Shown in pieces: positions 53,279 to 64,000 of a DNA stretch of 64,000 nucleotides. The notes under the pieces are model-generated. The model saw only the letters and a program-made list of their open reading frames with translations, was not told the origin of the DNA and did no database searches. The DNA is from Candidatus Pelethousia sp. (GTDB lineage Bacteria; Bacillota; Clostridia; Christensenellales; CAG-138). The number at the start of each line of letters is the position of its first letter. The first letter of the stretch is position 1. The stretch is taken from positions 67,223-131,222 of the forward strand of contig JAYFPE010000004.1 of NCBI GenBank assembly GCA_034928145.1. Direction: 5' to 3'. A program made the translations under genes and the position numbers.

Positions 53279-54079
53279 ATGAGCAAATGGTCTGACATCA
53301 AGATGTACGAGCTTTCGATCCCCATCGGCATCAATACCCCCCCGTGGCCCACTTATGAGCCCCTGCAAATGAAATTCTTCAAGCGGCTTGCCCCCAACGG
53401 CGCAAACGGCCAGCTCTTGACGCACTCCAACCATGTGGGTACACACCTGGACGGCCCGCTGCACTTTGATACCGCCGGCCGCGATATCGCTTCCCTAGAG
53501 CTCACCAAGCTCTGCGCCCCTGGCGCTGTGGTTGATCTGAGCGATCAGGCCGAGGACTGGGGCATCTACACCCCCGCCGATATCGAAAAGCGCGTAGAAG
53601 TAAAAGAGGGCGATATCCTCATTATCAACACCGGCTATCATAAGTACGGCTGGGATTCCCCCACTGCGGACGAGCGCCGCTATATGCTGCGCCACCCCGG
53701 CCCCTCGCTGGATTTTGTCAATTGGGTACGCGAAAAGAAGATCAAGTGGATCGGCGTGGACTGCGGCAGCGCGGACCATCCCATGAACACCAAGATCCGC
53801 GATTGGGAGCCCATGGAAGCCAAGGCCTGTGATGCCGTGTTCCAGAAGCGCTACGGCAAGGCGCTCAACGAGGTTTATCCCTGGCCGGAGCACTATCAGG
53901 CCATGCATATTGAGCTCTTCTGCAAGCCCTATGAGGCCATCCATGCGGAGTGCCTGGGCGGCGAGATCGACAAACTGAGCAACAAGCGCGTTGTAATCGG
54001 CTGCTTCCCCTGGAAGTTGGTAGACGGCGAAAGCTGCATCAGCCGTATCGTCGCGTTTGACGGGTTCGACGACGTTTAA
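53279..54079 (+). CDS. putative cyclase-family metal hydrolase (kynurenine formamidase / isatin hydrolase-like)
   Basis: 266 aa with the family motif HVGTHLDGPLH, and later GVDCGSADHP. Confidence 0.75.
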   Translation: MSKWSDIKMYELSIPIGINTPPWPTYEPLQMKFFKRLAPNGANGQLLTHSNHVGTHLDGPLHFDTAGRDIASLELTKLCAPGAVVDLSDQAEDWGIYTPADIEKRVEVKEGDILIINTGYHKYGWDSPTADERRYMLRHPGPSLDFVNWVREKKIKWIGVDCGSADHPMNTKIRDWEPMEAKACDAVFQKRYGKALNEVYPWPEHYQAMHIELFCKPYEAIHAECLGGEIDKLSNKRVVIGCFPWKLVDGESCISRIVAFDGFDDV

Positions 54080-54088
54080 AAGTATGTA

Positions 54089-54126
54089 CCGAGGGCCGAC
54101 AGCTAGCACTTGCTGCCGGCCCTCGG
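54089..54126 (+). terminator. strong intercistronic hairpin, possibly a partial terminator
   Basis: CCGAGGGCCGACAGC-tagcactt-GCTGCCGGCCCTCGG (14 of 15 bp), followed 6 nt later by GGTTTTGGG. Confidence 0.5.
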
Positions 54127-54174
54127 CAATTGGTTTTGGGATCCCCCACAAAGAGAGCAATGGAGGAATGAAAC

Positions 54175-55380
54175 ATGGCATATGATCTGCTGATCACCAA
54201 CGCGCGTACCCGTGCAAGCAAGGGGGAATTGCTTCAAATTGGCATACAGGATGGCAAAATCGCGGCCATCGCACCCTCGCTCACAGGCGGGGCGGGCCAG
54301 GTGCTCGATGCCGGCGGCGGGTTGGTCACGGAATCCTTCGTTAACGGCCACCTGCACCTGTGCAAGGTCTATACCTTAGAGATGGCTGGCCAGGCCGCAC
54401 TGGGCGAATACCATCATGGCGGCATGGGCGGCGCAATGACTGCTATCGAGCGCGCGGCGGATTTTAAGGCAGCGTACGATGAGAGCTGGATCCTGCCCAA
54501 TGTGCGGCGTGTGTGCGAACTGGCGTTGCATTATGGCAACACCCATATCAGGGCTTTTGCGGATGTGGATTCCAAGGCCCGATTGGAGGGCATTAAGGCG
54601 CTGTTAAAAGCCCGAGAGGAATATAAAGGCAGGGTAGAGCTGCAGGTGGTGGCCTTCCCGCAGGATGGGGTGGAGCGCGAACCCGCCGCGGAAGACTATG
54701 TGAAGCAGGCGCTGGAAATGGGCGCGGATGTGGTGGGCGGTATCCCCTGGATCGAGTTCACCAAGGCGGACGAGCAGGCGCATGTAGATAAAATGTTCGA
54801 TCTGGCGGTGAAATACAATAAAAATGTATCCATGCTGCTGGACGACGTGGGCGATGCGGATGAGAAAACGCTGGAGATGGCTGCTACCCGTGCCATTCAG
54901 GAAGGCTGGCAGGGCCGCATTACGGCGCAGCATTGCCGTGCCATGGCCCTCTACGATGAGAACTATTTCCGCAAACTAGTTTCCCTGCTCAAAAAGGCGG
55001 GCATCGGCCTGGTGGCCGATCCGCACACCGGCCCGCTGCATGCCCGCGTGCGTGACCTGGTAGCGGCCGGTATACCCGTGGCCCTCGGCCAGGATGACGT
55101 GGCGGACGCTTACTATCCCTATGGCCGCTGCAACATGCTGGAGATCGCCTTCCTGGCTTCCCACCTGATGTGGATGACCTCGTTTGAGGATATGGAAACC
55201 CTGTATGATATGATAACCACCTCTGCTGCCAAGGTGCTGGGCATCAAGGGCCATGTGCTGGAGGTGGGCGGCAACGCCGATCTGGTGGTGCTCAAAGCGC
55301 AGGATGTGTATCACGCCATCTGGGAGCATGAAGCGCCGCTGTATGTAATCAAGGACGGCAAGGATGTGACTTCCCGCTAA
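54175..55380 (+). CDS. CodA-family amidohydrolase (cytosine deaminase / AtzC-like) with non-canonical active-site residues
   Basis: 401 aa. It aligns without gaps to E. coli CodA across GADVVGGIPWIEFT...TAQHCRAM. HxH (NGHLHL), Q156, H246 and the DD motif are retained, but the residues aligned with H214 and E217 are Leu221 and Asp224. Confidence 0.8.
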   Translation: MAYDLLITNARTRASKGELLQIGIQDGKIAAIAPSLTGGAGQVLDAGGGLVTESFVNGHLHLCKVYTLEMAGQAALGEYHHGGMGGAMTAIERAADFKAAYDESWILPNVRRVCELALHYGNTHIRAFADVDSKARLEGIKALLKAREEYKGRVELQVVAFPQDGVEREPAAEDYVKQALEMGADVVGGIPWIEFTKADEQAHVDKMFDLAVKYNKNVSMLLDDVGDADEKTLEMAATRAIQEGWQGRITAQHCRAMALYDENYFRKLVSLLKKAGIGLVADPHTGPLHARVRDLVAAGIPVALGQDDVADAYYPYGRCNMLEIAFLASHLMWMTSFEDMETLYDMITTSAAKVLGIKGHVLEVGGNADLVVLKAQDVYHAIWEHEAPLYVIKDGKDVTSR

Positions 55381-55445
55381 GGGGGAGGGGTGAGGCGTCG
55401 CCGGCGCCCTGTCGCGCCGGCCGCCGCCCTTGTGAGGTAAAAGGT

Positions 55446-57764
55446 ATGGCATTTAAGACCATAGGCGCCAGCCCCAAGCGGGTGGATGGCGTAGAAAAAG
55501 TAACGGGTTCTACCCAATATACAGCCGATATGCAGTTCCCAAACCTGCTGCATATTAAGGTGTTGCGCTCCCCCCATGCCCACGCCAGGATATTGAATGT
55601 GGATACGGCGGAGGCTTCGGCTGTGCCGGGCGTGGTGCGGATCGTAACGGGCAAAGACGTGCCCGGTCCCTTTGGGGTGGCCGTGCGCGACCAGGACCCG
55701 ATCGCCAAGAGCAAGGTGCGTTTCGTGGGCGAACCTGTGGCCGCGGTGGTGGCGCGCAGTGAGCGCGAGGCCCTGCGCGCGCTGAAAAAGATTAAAGTTG
55801 AATACGAGCAGCTCCCCTTTGTGCTGGATGCCTGGGAGGCCAAAGACCCTTCCTCGCCTGTGTTGCATGAGGGGCTGATGGATTACTTCGTGCTGCCCTA
55901 TGTGCATCGCGAAGGCCATAATACATATCAGCATTTCAAGGTGCGCAAAGGGAACGCGGAGGCCGCGATGGCCAAGGCGGATTGCGTGGTGGAGGGCGAG
56001 TATACCTTCCCTTCCATCGTGCACACGCAAATGGAGACGCATTGCGCCGTGGCCCGCTACGGCCAGGATGAGTCGATGGTGATGTACGCCACCACCCAGG
56101 CCCCCTTTGTGGTACAGACAACCATTTCGGAGCTGCTGGAGATCCCCTATAACCGCATCCGCGTGGTTGCGCCCTTGTTGGGCGGCGGTTTTGGCGGCAA
56201 GTCGGATATTACGATCGAGGCGCTGGTGGCCTGTGTGGCCAGGCTGGTGCCCGGGCGTTATGTAAGGCTGCTCTTGAGCCGCGAGGAGCTGTTTTGCGGC
56301 ACCACGCACGGCCGCAATGCCAGCTGCCGTTACAGGCTGGGCTTTGATAAGGGCGGCAAGCTGCTGGCCATGATGGGCGAAGGCGCCATGGCGAGCGGCG
56401 GCAACGCGGATTATGCGGTGAACATTCTCACGGGCATGGCTTCGGCAGGCACAGGCCCTTACCGGGTGGATGACCTTAAGCTCGACATGTACGGCGTGTA
56501 TACCAACACCCCGCCCATCGGCGCGGCCCGCGGCTACGGCCACCCGGAGGTACACCTTGCCGTGGAAAGCTTAATGGACGTGGCGGCGGAAAAGCTGGGC
56601 ATCACACCGGCCGCGATTCGGCTGCAAAACCTGCTTAGGGCAGGCTACGCCAACGGCATCGGCCAGGTGATGCACGAAGCCAACGGCAATGTGGTCAGGT
56701 GTACCGAAATCATTGCCGAGAAGCTCTTTGTTGCGCCTAAGCCCGATCTCGGGCCGCATATCACCGTGGGCCGCGGTATGGCATCGTATATGAAAACACC
56801 CTGCATGCCTACCAATACGCCCTCCGGCGCGTTCATCAAGCTGAATTCAGACGGAACCGTTAGCATGTGTACCGGCGCAGTGGATATGGGCCAAGGCCTG
56901 CATACGGCGCTGGCGCAGATCGGCGCGGAAGCGCTTGGCCTGCCCTTTGAAAAGGTGCGTTTCCAATACAGTGTGGATACGCTCACCTCCCCTTACGACT
57001 GGCAGACCGTGGCCAGCCATTCTACCTGGGGCGCCGGCAATGCCGCGATCCTGGCGGCGGAGGATCTCAAGCGCAAGCTACGGGAGGAAGGGGCCAAGGT
57101 GTTCGGCGTGCCCGCCGAAGAAGTAGTCGCCGAGGCGGGCGCGGTGCGCTATCAGGATCGCGCCATCGGCTGGAGCGAATTCGCCACCGGCATCCGCAAT
57201 CCGGATGGCTCGGCCCTCACCAAGCCGGTGATGGGCGAGGGCTACTTCGTACCCGAAGGCATCCAGAACCACGACCCGGAAACGGGCCAGGGCAACGCCG
57301 CCGCGGATTGGACGCTGGGCTGCGTGGGCGCGGAGGTGGCGGTGGATCAGCGCACGGGCGAGGTCACCGTGCTGCGCCTTATCAACGCCATCGACGCCGG
57401 CACTATCATTAACCCGACTCTGGCCAAAGAGCAGGTGAGCGGGGCCATGCTGATGGCAGCGGGCAGCGTGCTGAGCGAGACCGTGGTCTATGATGAAAAA
57501 ACGGGCCGCGTGCGCAACAACACGCTGGTGGATTACAAGATACCCGGCATCGAGGATATCCCCTGTGAAACAGAGGTGATCTTCGTGCAAACGCCGGAGG
57601 ATTCGGGCCCATATGGGGCCAAGGGCATCGGCGAGCACGGCGCCGTGGGTACGGCTCCGGCCCTGCTCAACGCCATTTACGACGCTACGGGCCTCAGGTT
57701 CCATACGCTTCCCGCTTCTGCGGATCGGATCACCGTGCTGCGCAAGGGAGGTGACGCCAGATGA
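55446..57764 (+). CDS. xanthine dehydrogenase-family molybdopterin-binding large subunit
   Basis: 772 aa. Contains KRVDGVEKVTGSTQYTAD, GGGFGGKSD and a C-terminal GAKGIGEHGAVG segment with the catalytic Glu context. Confidence 0.9.
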   Translation: MAFKTIGASPKRVDGVEKVTGSTQYTADMQFPNLLHIKVLRSPHAHARILNVDTAEASAVPGVVRIVTGKDVPGPFGVAVRDQDPIAKSKVRFVGEPVAAVVARSEREALRALKKIKVEYEQLPFVLDAWEAKDPSSPVLHEGLMDYFVLPYVHREGHNTYQHFKVRKGNAEAAMAKADCVVEGEYTFPSIVHTQMETHCAVARYGQDESMVMYATTQAPFVVQTTISELLEIPYNRIRVVAPLLGGGFGGKSDITIEALVACVARLVPGRYVRLLLSREELFCGTTHGRNASCRYRLGFDKGGKLLAMMGEGAMASGGNADYAVNILTGMASAGTGPYRVDDLKLDMYGVYTNTPPIGAARGYGHPEVHLAVESLMDVAAEKLGITPAAIRLQNLLRAGYANGIGQVMHEANGNVVRCTEIIAEKLFVAPKPDLGPHITVGRGMASYMKTPCMPTNTPSGAFIKLNSDGTVSMCTGAVDMGQGLHTALAQIGAEALGLPFEKVRFQYSVDTLTSPYDWQTVASHSTWGAGNAAILAAEDLKRKLREEGAKVFGVPAEEVVAEAGAVRYQDRAIGWSEFATGIRNPDGSALTKPVMGEGYFVPEGIQNHDPETGQGNAAADWTLGCVGAEVAVDQRTGEVTVLRLINAIDAGTIINPTLAKEQVSGAMLMAAGSVLSETVVYDEKTGRVRNNTLVDYKIPGIEDIPCETEVIFVQTPEDSGPYGAKGIGEHGAVGTAPALLNAIYDATGLRFHTLPASADRITVLRKGGDAR

Positions 57765-58615
57765 TCTTAAGCTCTTACAAATACGAAAAGCCCCAAACGC
57801 TCAGCGCTCTGCTGAAGCTCAACGCGCAGGAAGGAACCAAGCTGCTCGCGGGCGGCACGGATATCCTGCTACTTTTAAAAGAGGATCGCATCGACCCCGC
57901 AACGGTGGTTGATATCAAGGGTATTCCTGAACTTAGGGGCATTTGCACCACGGAAGGCGGCATCTTCATCGGCGCAGCGGAAACGGTGCAAGATGTGGTG
58001 GAGCACCCGTTGGTGCAGCCCTACCATGCCCTGGTCGAGGGCGCGGGCCATATCGGCTGCTATGAGATACGCCATCGCGCTACCATCGGCGGCAATATCT
58101 GCAACGGCTCCCCTTCGGCGGATTCCGTGCCCGGGCTGCTGCTCTATGACGCAACGGTATTGTTGGCGAGTCTGGACGGCGAACGGGAGCTGCTTTTGGA
58201 GCAGTTCCTCCTAGGGCCGGGCAAGGTTGATCTAAAGCCGGGCGAGGTGCTCAAAGGCGTGGCGCTCAAAAGGCCCGAGCCGGGCGGCAGGAGCAAATAC
58301 TACCGCCGCAGCCGCGTGAAGGGCATGGATCTTTCGGGCATCAGCGCCGGGGTCTATTGTGAAGGGTATAAGAATTTCCGCATCGCGTTGGGCGCTGCCT
58401 GGCCCACCGTGGCCCGCGCGCACGAGGCGGAAGCGATCCTCAACAGCGGCCCTTATAGCGAGGCGCTGGCCGAGAAGGCGGCCGCCGCCATCGTCAATGA
58501 CATCAATCCGCGCCGCAGTAGCATGCGCGCTTCGCCGGAATACAAAAAAGAGATGATACCGGTGCTAATCAAAATGGCCATTGAGGAGTTGAATCGGGGT
58601 GAGCACTATGCATAA
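57761..58615 (+). CDS. molybdenum hydroxylase FAD-binding medium subunit
   Basis: 284 aa with an ATGA overlap with the large subunit. LLAGGTDILLLLKE and ATIGGNICNGSPSADS are CoxM/XdhB-type FAD-binding motifs. Confidence 0.9.
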   Translation: MILSSYKYEKPQTLSALLKLNAQEGTKLLAGGTDILLLLKEDRIDPATVVDIKGIPELRGICTTEGGIFIGAAETVQDVVEHPLVQPYHALVEGAGHIGCYEIRHRATIGGNICNGSPSADSVPGLLLYDATVLLASLDGERELLLEQFLLGPGKVDLKPGEVLKGVALKRPEPGGRSKYYRRSRVKGMDLSGISAGVYCEGYKNFRIALGAAWPTVARAHEAEAILNSGPYSEALAEKAAAAIVNDINPRRSSMRASPEYKKEMIPVLIKMAIEELNRGEHYA

Positions 58616-59093
58616 GGTGCGGGTCTGTATGCAGGTTAATGGCCTGCGCATTGAAACCGAGGTGGATCCGGCGCAAACGCTTTTGCAGTTTATCCGCGAA
58701 GATTTGGGGCTGACCGGCACCAAGTCCGGCTGTGAAAACGGCGAATGCGGCGCCTGCACGGTGCTGATGGACGGCAAGCCGGTGCGCTCCTGCATCATCC
58801 TGGCCGCGGAGGCCGATGGCAGCGAGATCGTGACGGTGGAAGGCTTAGCCGGCGAGGAAAAGCTTCACCCTGTGCAGCAGGCGTTTATCGACCATAGCGC
58901 TGTGCAATGCGGCTTTTGCATACCGGGCGTGCTGGTGGCTTCCAAGGCCCTGCTGGACCGCCATCCAAACCCTTCTGAGGAAGATGTTTTAGAGGCGCTG
59001 GGCGGGCATCTATGCCGCTGCGGCGGCTACAAGGCCATGAGTGAGGCCGTAAAAACCGCGGCCGGGGCCATGGCGAAGCAGGACGAATCATAA
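58608..59093 (+). CDS. molybdenum hydroxylase [2Fe-2S] small subunit
   Basis: About 161 aa; a GTG at 58599 is an alternative start. CENGECGACTV is the plant-type cluster and CGFCIPG...CRCGGY the second cluster. Confidence 0.9.
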   Translation: MHKVRVCMQVNGLRIETEVDPAQTLLQFIREDLGLTGTKSGCENGECGACTVLMDGKPVRSCIILAAEADGSEIVTVEGLAGEEKLHPVQQAFIDHSAVQCGFCIPGVLVASKALLDRHPNPSEEDVLEALGGHLCRCGGYKAMSEAVKTAAGAMAKQDES

Positions 59094-59179
59094 ACTATCC
59101 CCAAACGCCGGGAACGGAGGATGGGCCGGCGTTAATCGGTGGTCGCACCGAATAAAAAAATAGAAAAGGAGACCTAAGC

Positions 59180-60343
59180 ATGAAAAAGAGCGCAAAAATG
59201 GTGCTGGTGCTGATGCTGTGTGCAATTACGGTGCTGGCCCTGGGCTGCTCAAGCAGCACGGGCGGCAAAGGCGGGGAAATTAAGATCGGCCTGATTTTCT
59301 CGAAGACGGGTGCAACGGCTATCACCGAGGAGTGCATGTACAACGCGGCTATGATGGCTATCGACGAAGTGAACGCCGCGGGCGGCGTGAACGGCAAGCA
59401 GCTTGTCCCGGTATTTGAGGATTATTCTACCGATCCGGCCAAGGCTGCGGACAAAATGAAAAAGCTGATCATGCAGGATCAGGTCGTGGCAACGGTGGGC
59501 CTTTATACCTCCGCAAGCCGCGTAGCGGCCCGCCCGGTGGTGGAGCAGAACAACGGCCTATTGGTCTACCCCACGTTCTATGAAGGTGAAGATCCCTCCC
59601 CCAATCTCATCTACACCGGCACCGTCCTCAACCAGCAAAACGACCTCTTCGTACCCTGGCTGATGGAGAACGTAGGCAAAAAGTTCTTCTTCTTAGGCTC
59701 TGAAACGGTATATGTCTCCTTGATCCACGCCCAGGCGGTGGAAGTCGTAAAGGCCAATGGCGGCGAGATCGTAGGCAACGAGATCGTGCCTTCGGGCAAT
59801 GCCGATTTTGCTTCCGTCATCGCCAAGATTAAAGAGGCTAAGCCGGACGTGATTTATGCCAACCTCAATGGCGATAGCACCGTGGCTTTCTACAAGCAGT
59901 ATAAGAGCTACGGCTTTGATCCCAAAACGATGCCCATCGCCAGCACCATCACGGATGAAGCTTCCGTAGCCGCCATCGGCGACGCGGCTGTGGGCCACTA
60001 CTCCTGCTTCAACTACTTCAACACCATCGAGAGCGAAGCCAACAAGACCTTCGTGGACAATTACGAGAAGAAGTACGGCAACCGCGACGTAACGGCTGTG
60101 GGCGAGGCCAGCTATGATTCCGTGAAGCTGCTGGCTAAGGCGTTGGAAAAAGCGACCGATTACAAGCCCGAGAGCATTATCAAGGCTTTCGAGGGCTTAG
60201 AGCTTGACGCGCCCCAGGGCCCCATCAAGATCGACGCCACAAGCCACCATCTCTGGTGCCGGGGCCGTATCGCCCAGGTAGCGGAGGATGGGACGTTCAA
60301 AGTCGTCTACGAATCCCCCGAGTTAATCGAGCCCAAGCCGTAA
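59180..60343 (+). CDS. UrtA/AmiC/FmdD-like amide-urea ABC substrate-binding lipoprotein
   Basis: 387 aa with a lipobox (LALGCSS). IKIGLIFSKTGATAITE, VNAAGGVNGKQL and YPTFYEGED are typical of the urea / short-chain-amide binding branch of the Liv family. Confidence 0.75.
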   Translation: MKKSAKMVLVLMLCAITVLALGCSSSTGGKGGEIKIGLIFSKTGATAITEECMYNAAMMAIDEVNAAGGVNGKQLVPVFEDYSTDPAKAADKMKKLIMQDQVVATVGLYTSASRVAARPVVEQNNGLLVYPTFYEGEDPSPNLIYTGTVLNQQNDLFVPWLMENVGKKFFFLGSETVYVSLIHAQAVEVVKANGGEIVGNEIVPSGNADFASVIAKIKEAKPDVIYANLNGDSTVAFYKQYKSYGFDPKTMPIASTITDEASVAAIGDAAVGHYSCFNYFNTIESEANKTFVDNYEKKYGNRDVTAVGEASYDSVKLLAKALEKATDYKPESIIKAFEGLELDAPQGPIKIDATSHHLWCRGRIAQVAEDGTFKVVYESPELIEPKP

Positions 60344-60366
60344 GGCCGGGCCTCGCTTAAAATTCC

Positions 60367-60398
60367 GTCCTGGGCGCGGCTGCTGCGGCGCCCAGGAC
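60367..60398 (+). other. perfect 11-bp intercistronic stem-loop between the binding-protein and permease genes
   Basis: GTCCTGGGCGC-ggctgctgcg-GCGCCCAGGAC with no T-run. It is probably an mRNA stabiliser or processing barrier. Confidence 0.6.
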
Positions 60399-60429
60399 AC
60401 CTATGCTCAAAAAAGAAGGGGGTTCCTAT

Positions 60430-61284
60430 ATGCTAGGGCTTCTGATCGCCAATGGCGTCAATTCCTCGGCTTTGCTATTATTATCGGCGCTGGGCCTGGT
60501 CATTATCATGGGCCATATGAAGGTGGTCAACCTCGCCCATGGCGAGCTGATCATGGTAGGCGCCTATGTGACTTATTACACCAGTACGGTATTCAGGCTG
60601 CCTTACGTCTTTTCTATCATCGGCGCATTTCTCGTTACAGGCTTACTGGGCGCCGCCATCGAGCGGCTGGTGATCCGCAAGCTTTACGGCAAGGCTTCGG
60701 AAACGCTGCTGGCCACCTATGCGCTTTCTCTCGTCATTCAGCAAACGGTGCGCTTCCTCAGCGGCCCAGAACTCAAATATGTCAACATCCCGCTGGATGG
60801 TACGCTGGAGTTTGGCGGCGTAACGGTTCCCTATTACAACCTGCTTATTCTGCTGGTTGCCGCGTTCGCCCTGCTTACCACCTGGCTGCTCATTAATAAA
60901 ACCACGCTGGGCAAACAGATCCGCGCCATTACCGAAAACCGTACCATGACCGGCTGCCTGGGTATCAATACGCAGCGCATCGATACCATTACCTTCACCT
61001 ATGGTACTGCGCTCGCAGGTTTGGCGGGCGCCATGCTCGCGCCTATCCGCACGGTTTCCCCGTTTATGGGCGTGCAGTATCTAACGGATGCGTTTTTGAA
61101 CGTGGTCATCGGTGGCTTGGATTCTCTTTTCGGCACGGCTTTCTCCGCCGGTATTATCGGCGAATCCATTACCGTGCTCGGCGGCTACTGGAACGACGTA
61201 GGCGCGAAGATATTGGTATTCTTCATTATCATCATCCTGATCCGCTTCAAGCCGGAGGGCCTGTTCGCAAAGGAGAGGCGATGA
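60430..61284 (+). CDS. UrtB-like ABC permease (Liv/HAAT family)
   Basis: Internal ATG at 60430 (GAAGGGGG upstream). About 284 aa, polytopic, with the LivH-type pattern VNLAHGELIMVGAY. Confidence 0.8.
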   Translation: MLGLLIANGVNSSALLLLSALGLVIIMGHMKVVNLAHGELIMVGAYVTYYTSTVFRLPYVFSIIGAFLVTGLLGAAIERLVIRKLYGKASETLLATYALSLVIQQTVRFLSGPELKYVNIPLDGTLEFGGVTVPYYNLLILLVAAFALLTTWLLINKTTLGKQIRAITENRTMTGCLGINTQRIDTITFTYGTALAGLAGAMLAPIRTVSPFMGVQYLTDAFLNVVIGGLDSLFGTAFSAGIIGESITVLGGYWNDVGAKILVFFIIIILIRFKPEGLFAKERR

Positions 61285-61318
61285 ATTTTCCTCCGTTGCA
61301 CATTGAGAAGGAGGCTAG

Positions 61319-62391
61319 ATGCCTATGCTGCATCAAAAGCTAAAAGCAATACCGGCAAATCGTTACATCGACATGGGGGCTTTCGCCTTGCTGGCCATCT
61401 TCCCGTTGTTGTTTACCCCGTTCCGCACGGAATTAATGGCCAAGGTGCTGGTATATATCATCTTTGCCATCTCCCTGGATCTGCTATGGGGCTATACGGG
61501 GCTGATGAGTATGGGGCACGCCGTGCTTTTCGGCACGGGCGGCTATGTGATCGCCCTCTCCTATACCTTCATCAAGGGCATACCTTGGTATATGCAGCAG
61601 GTGGGGATCGAGAAGACCCCGGCGTTGTTTGTGCCGCTGCAAAACCCTGCCGTCGCCTTTATCGTAGCGCTGGCGATACCGGCGCTCATCGCTTGGTTTA
61701 TCGGCACCTTTATCTTTTCCAGCCGCATTAGCGGAACATTTTTCTCGCTAATCACGCTGGCGCTCGCCCAGATCTTCGAGCTGTTCGTAACGAACCAGCA
61801 CATATATACCAACGGCAGCAATGGTATGGGCGGCCTTGAGCGTTCGCTGCTGGGTAGTGGGCCTATCTCGCTCAATGCGCTATATTATATCCTCTTTGCG
61901 GTGGTACTGTTGGTCTATTTCTTCTGCATCTGGCTCACGAGCACCCGCTTTGGCACGGTTTTGCAGGCCATCCGGGAAAATGAGCCGCGGCTGACTTTCC
62001 TTGGATATAAGCCCAATCGCTTCAAGATCGCCGTATACGTCGTTTCCGGGGTGCTGGCGGGGCTGGCGGGCGTATTGTATATCCCCACCAATGGGTTCAT
62101 TTCCCCTACCGAGGTGGGTCTTACCCTCTCCACGATGCTGCTCGTTTGGGTGGCCATCGGCGGCAGGGGCAACCTGACGGGTGCGATCCTGGGAACGATC
62201 CTCATCAACTGGGCGCAAACGCTGCTTTCTGAGCAGATCGCCGATTACTGGATGCTCATCATGGGCATCGTGGTATTGATCTTCGTGTTCTTCCTGCCCA
62301 ATGGCTTTATCGGCAAGCTGATCGCCACCCAGTATGCGCATGCGGACGCTAAGCGTAAAAACGAAGAAGCGGATCGAAAGGAGGTCTGCTG

Positions 62392-62392
<1 letters not shown>
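61319..62392 (+). CDS. UrtC-like ABC permease (Liv/HAAT family)
   Basis: 357-aa LivM-type protein containing DLLWGYTGLMSMGHAVLFGTGGY. Confidence 0.8.
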
Positions 62393-63143
<751 letters not shown>

Positions 63144-63156
<13 letters not shown>

Positions 63157-63842
63157 AAGGCGTAATGGTCAATTACGGCAAGAGCAAGATCATCACCGGC
63201 GTTTCCTTCGAAGCTGGAACCAAGACGCGCATCGCCATCTTGGGGCGCAATGGCGTAGGCAAGACCACCCTGCTCAAAAGCCTGATCGGCGTGCTGCCGC
63301 TGGAGAGCGGAACGATCTCCTTCGAGGGGCAATGCTTGAACAAAATGTCCCCCTACCAACGGTCTCGGGCCGGGATGGGCTACGTGCCACAGGGCAGGGA
63401 GATCCTTTCCAACCTTACCGTGCGCGAAAACCTGGAGTTGGGTATGCTGGGGCACAAGGGCATCAACTGTGCGCAGCAGATGAAAAAGGTGCTGGATTAC
63501 TTCCCCTCGCTTAATGTGCACCTGGAAAGAAAGGGCGGCGTGCTTTCGGGGGGCCTGCAGCAGCAGCTTGCCATTGCCCGCTGCCTGATGGCCGCTCCTA
63601 AAATCATGCTGTTGGATGAGCCTACCGAAGGCATCCAGCCCAATATTGTGGCAGAGATCGCGGATATCCTCATCTCCATCTCCGAGGAAATGTCCATTAC
63701 CACCATCGTAGTGGAGCAGAACCTCAAGTTTGCCCGCAAACTGGCCGATTCCTACCTGATGATGCAGAAGGGCCAGATTGTGGATCGGGGAAGGACCTGT
63801 GAGTTGACGGAGGAGACAGCCAAGCACTACCTGGCCGTGTAG
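63144..63842 (+). CDS. UrtE-like ABC ATP-binding protein
   Basis: 232 aa with Walker A GRNGVGKTT, signature LSGGLQQQ and Walker B MLLDEPTEG. Confidence 0.85.
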
Positions 63843-64000
63843 GCACATGGTCCGCCCGCCGCAACGCCGAAAAGCAAGCCGCTCGCCTCAAGCGCGGCCG
63901 GCCCTTTTCAGGCGTTAACGGCGGATTTGTAATTTTTGAGCGATATATTTTAAATAGAATAACGAAAGGGTATTTCCTATTCTCACATCTTGCGTTATAA

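Overview
This window looks like chromosomal DNA from a high-GC (about 60%), motile Bacillota of the Clostridia type. The clues are a FliW-CsrA-flagellin module, a SpoIID enzyme, cohesin/dockerin modules and Bacillus-style sigma-D promoters. I recognised no rRNA, tRNA, CRISPR array, transposase, integrase or obvious defence genes.

Layout:
(1) 0.2-24.4 kb, flagellar regulon block. A sigma-D-driven FtsA-like gene lies divergent from flgB. flgB-flgC-fliE is joined directly to fliO-fliP-fliQ-fliR-flhB-flhA-flhF-flhG-(PilZ-like)-fliA. Next come FapA plus two unknown genes and two rod genes. A late block follows, syntenic with Bacillus subtilis yvyF-flgM-flgN-flgK-flgL-yviE-fliW-csrA-hag. MS-ring, C-ring, export ATPase, hook, cap and stator genes are absent from the window.
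(2) 24.5-33 kb, mixed genes: a split chromate transporter, a cold-shock Csp plus DEAD-box helicase pair, a SpoIID-dockerin / membrane-cohesin gene pair, and a chemoreceptor.
(3) 33.8-42.7 kb, a pentose-type utilisation operon: CUT2 ABC transporter, xylulokinase, an unknown small protein, a FucI/AraA-family isomerase and a LacI regulator. It sits behind about 950 bp of non-coding DNA containing tandem repeats and twin palindromes.
(4) 42.9-43.5 kb, a decayed glycosyltransferase.
(5) 43.7-63.8 kb, a LacI regulator with a PreA-like reductase, divergent from a roughly 17.5-kb same-strand island. The island combines a three-subunit molybdenum hydroxylase, CodA-like and cyclase-like hydrolases, DUF2877-FdrA-DUF1116, a cysteine-less thiolase-fold protein with a DUF35 partner, a PNPOx-like flavoprotein and a UrtABCDE-like transporter.

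The island in (5) is my best candidate for an undescribed system, possibly N-heterocycle or ureide catabolism. All functional calls come from motif-level reading of the supplied translations and the DNA. No database search was run.
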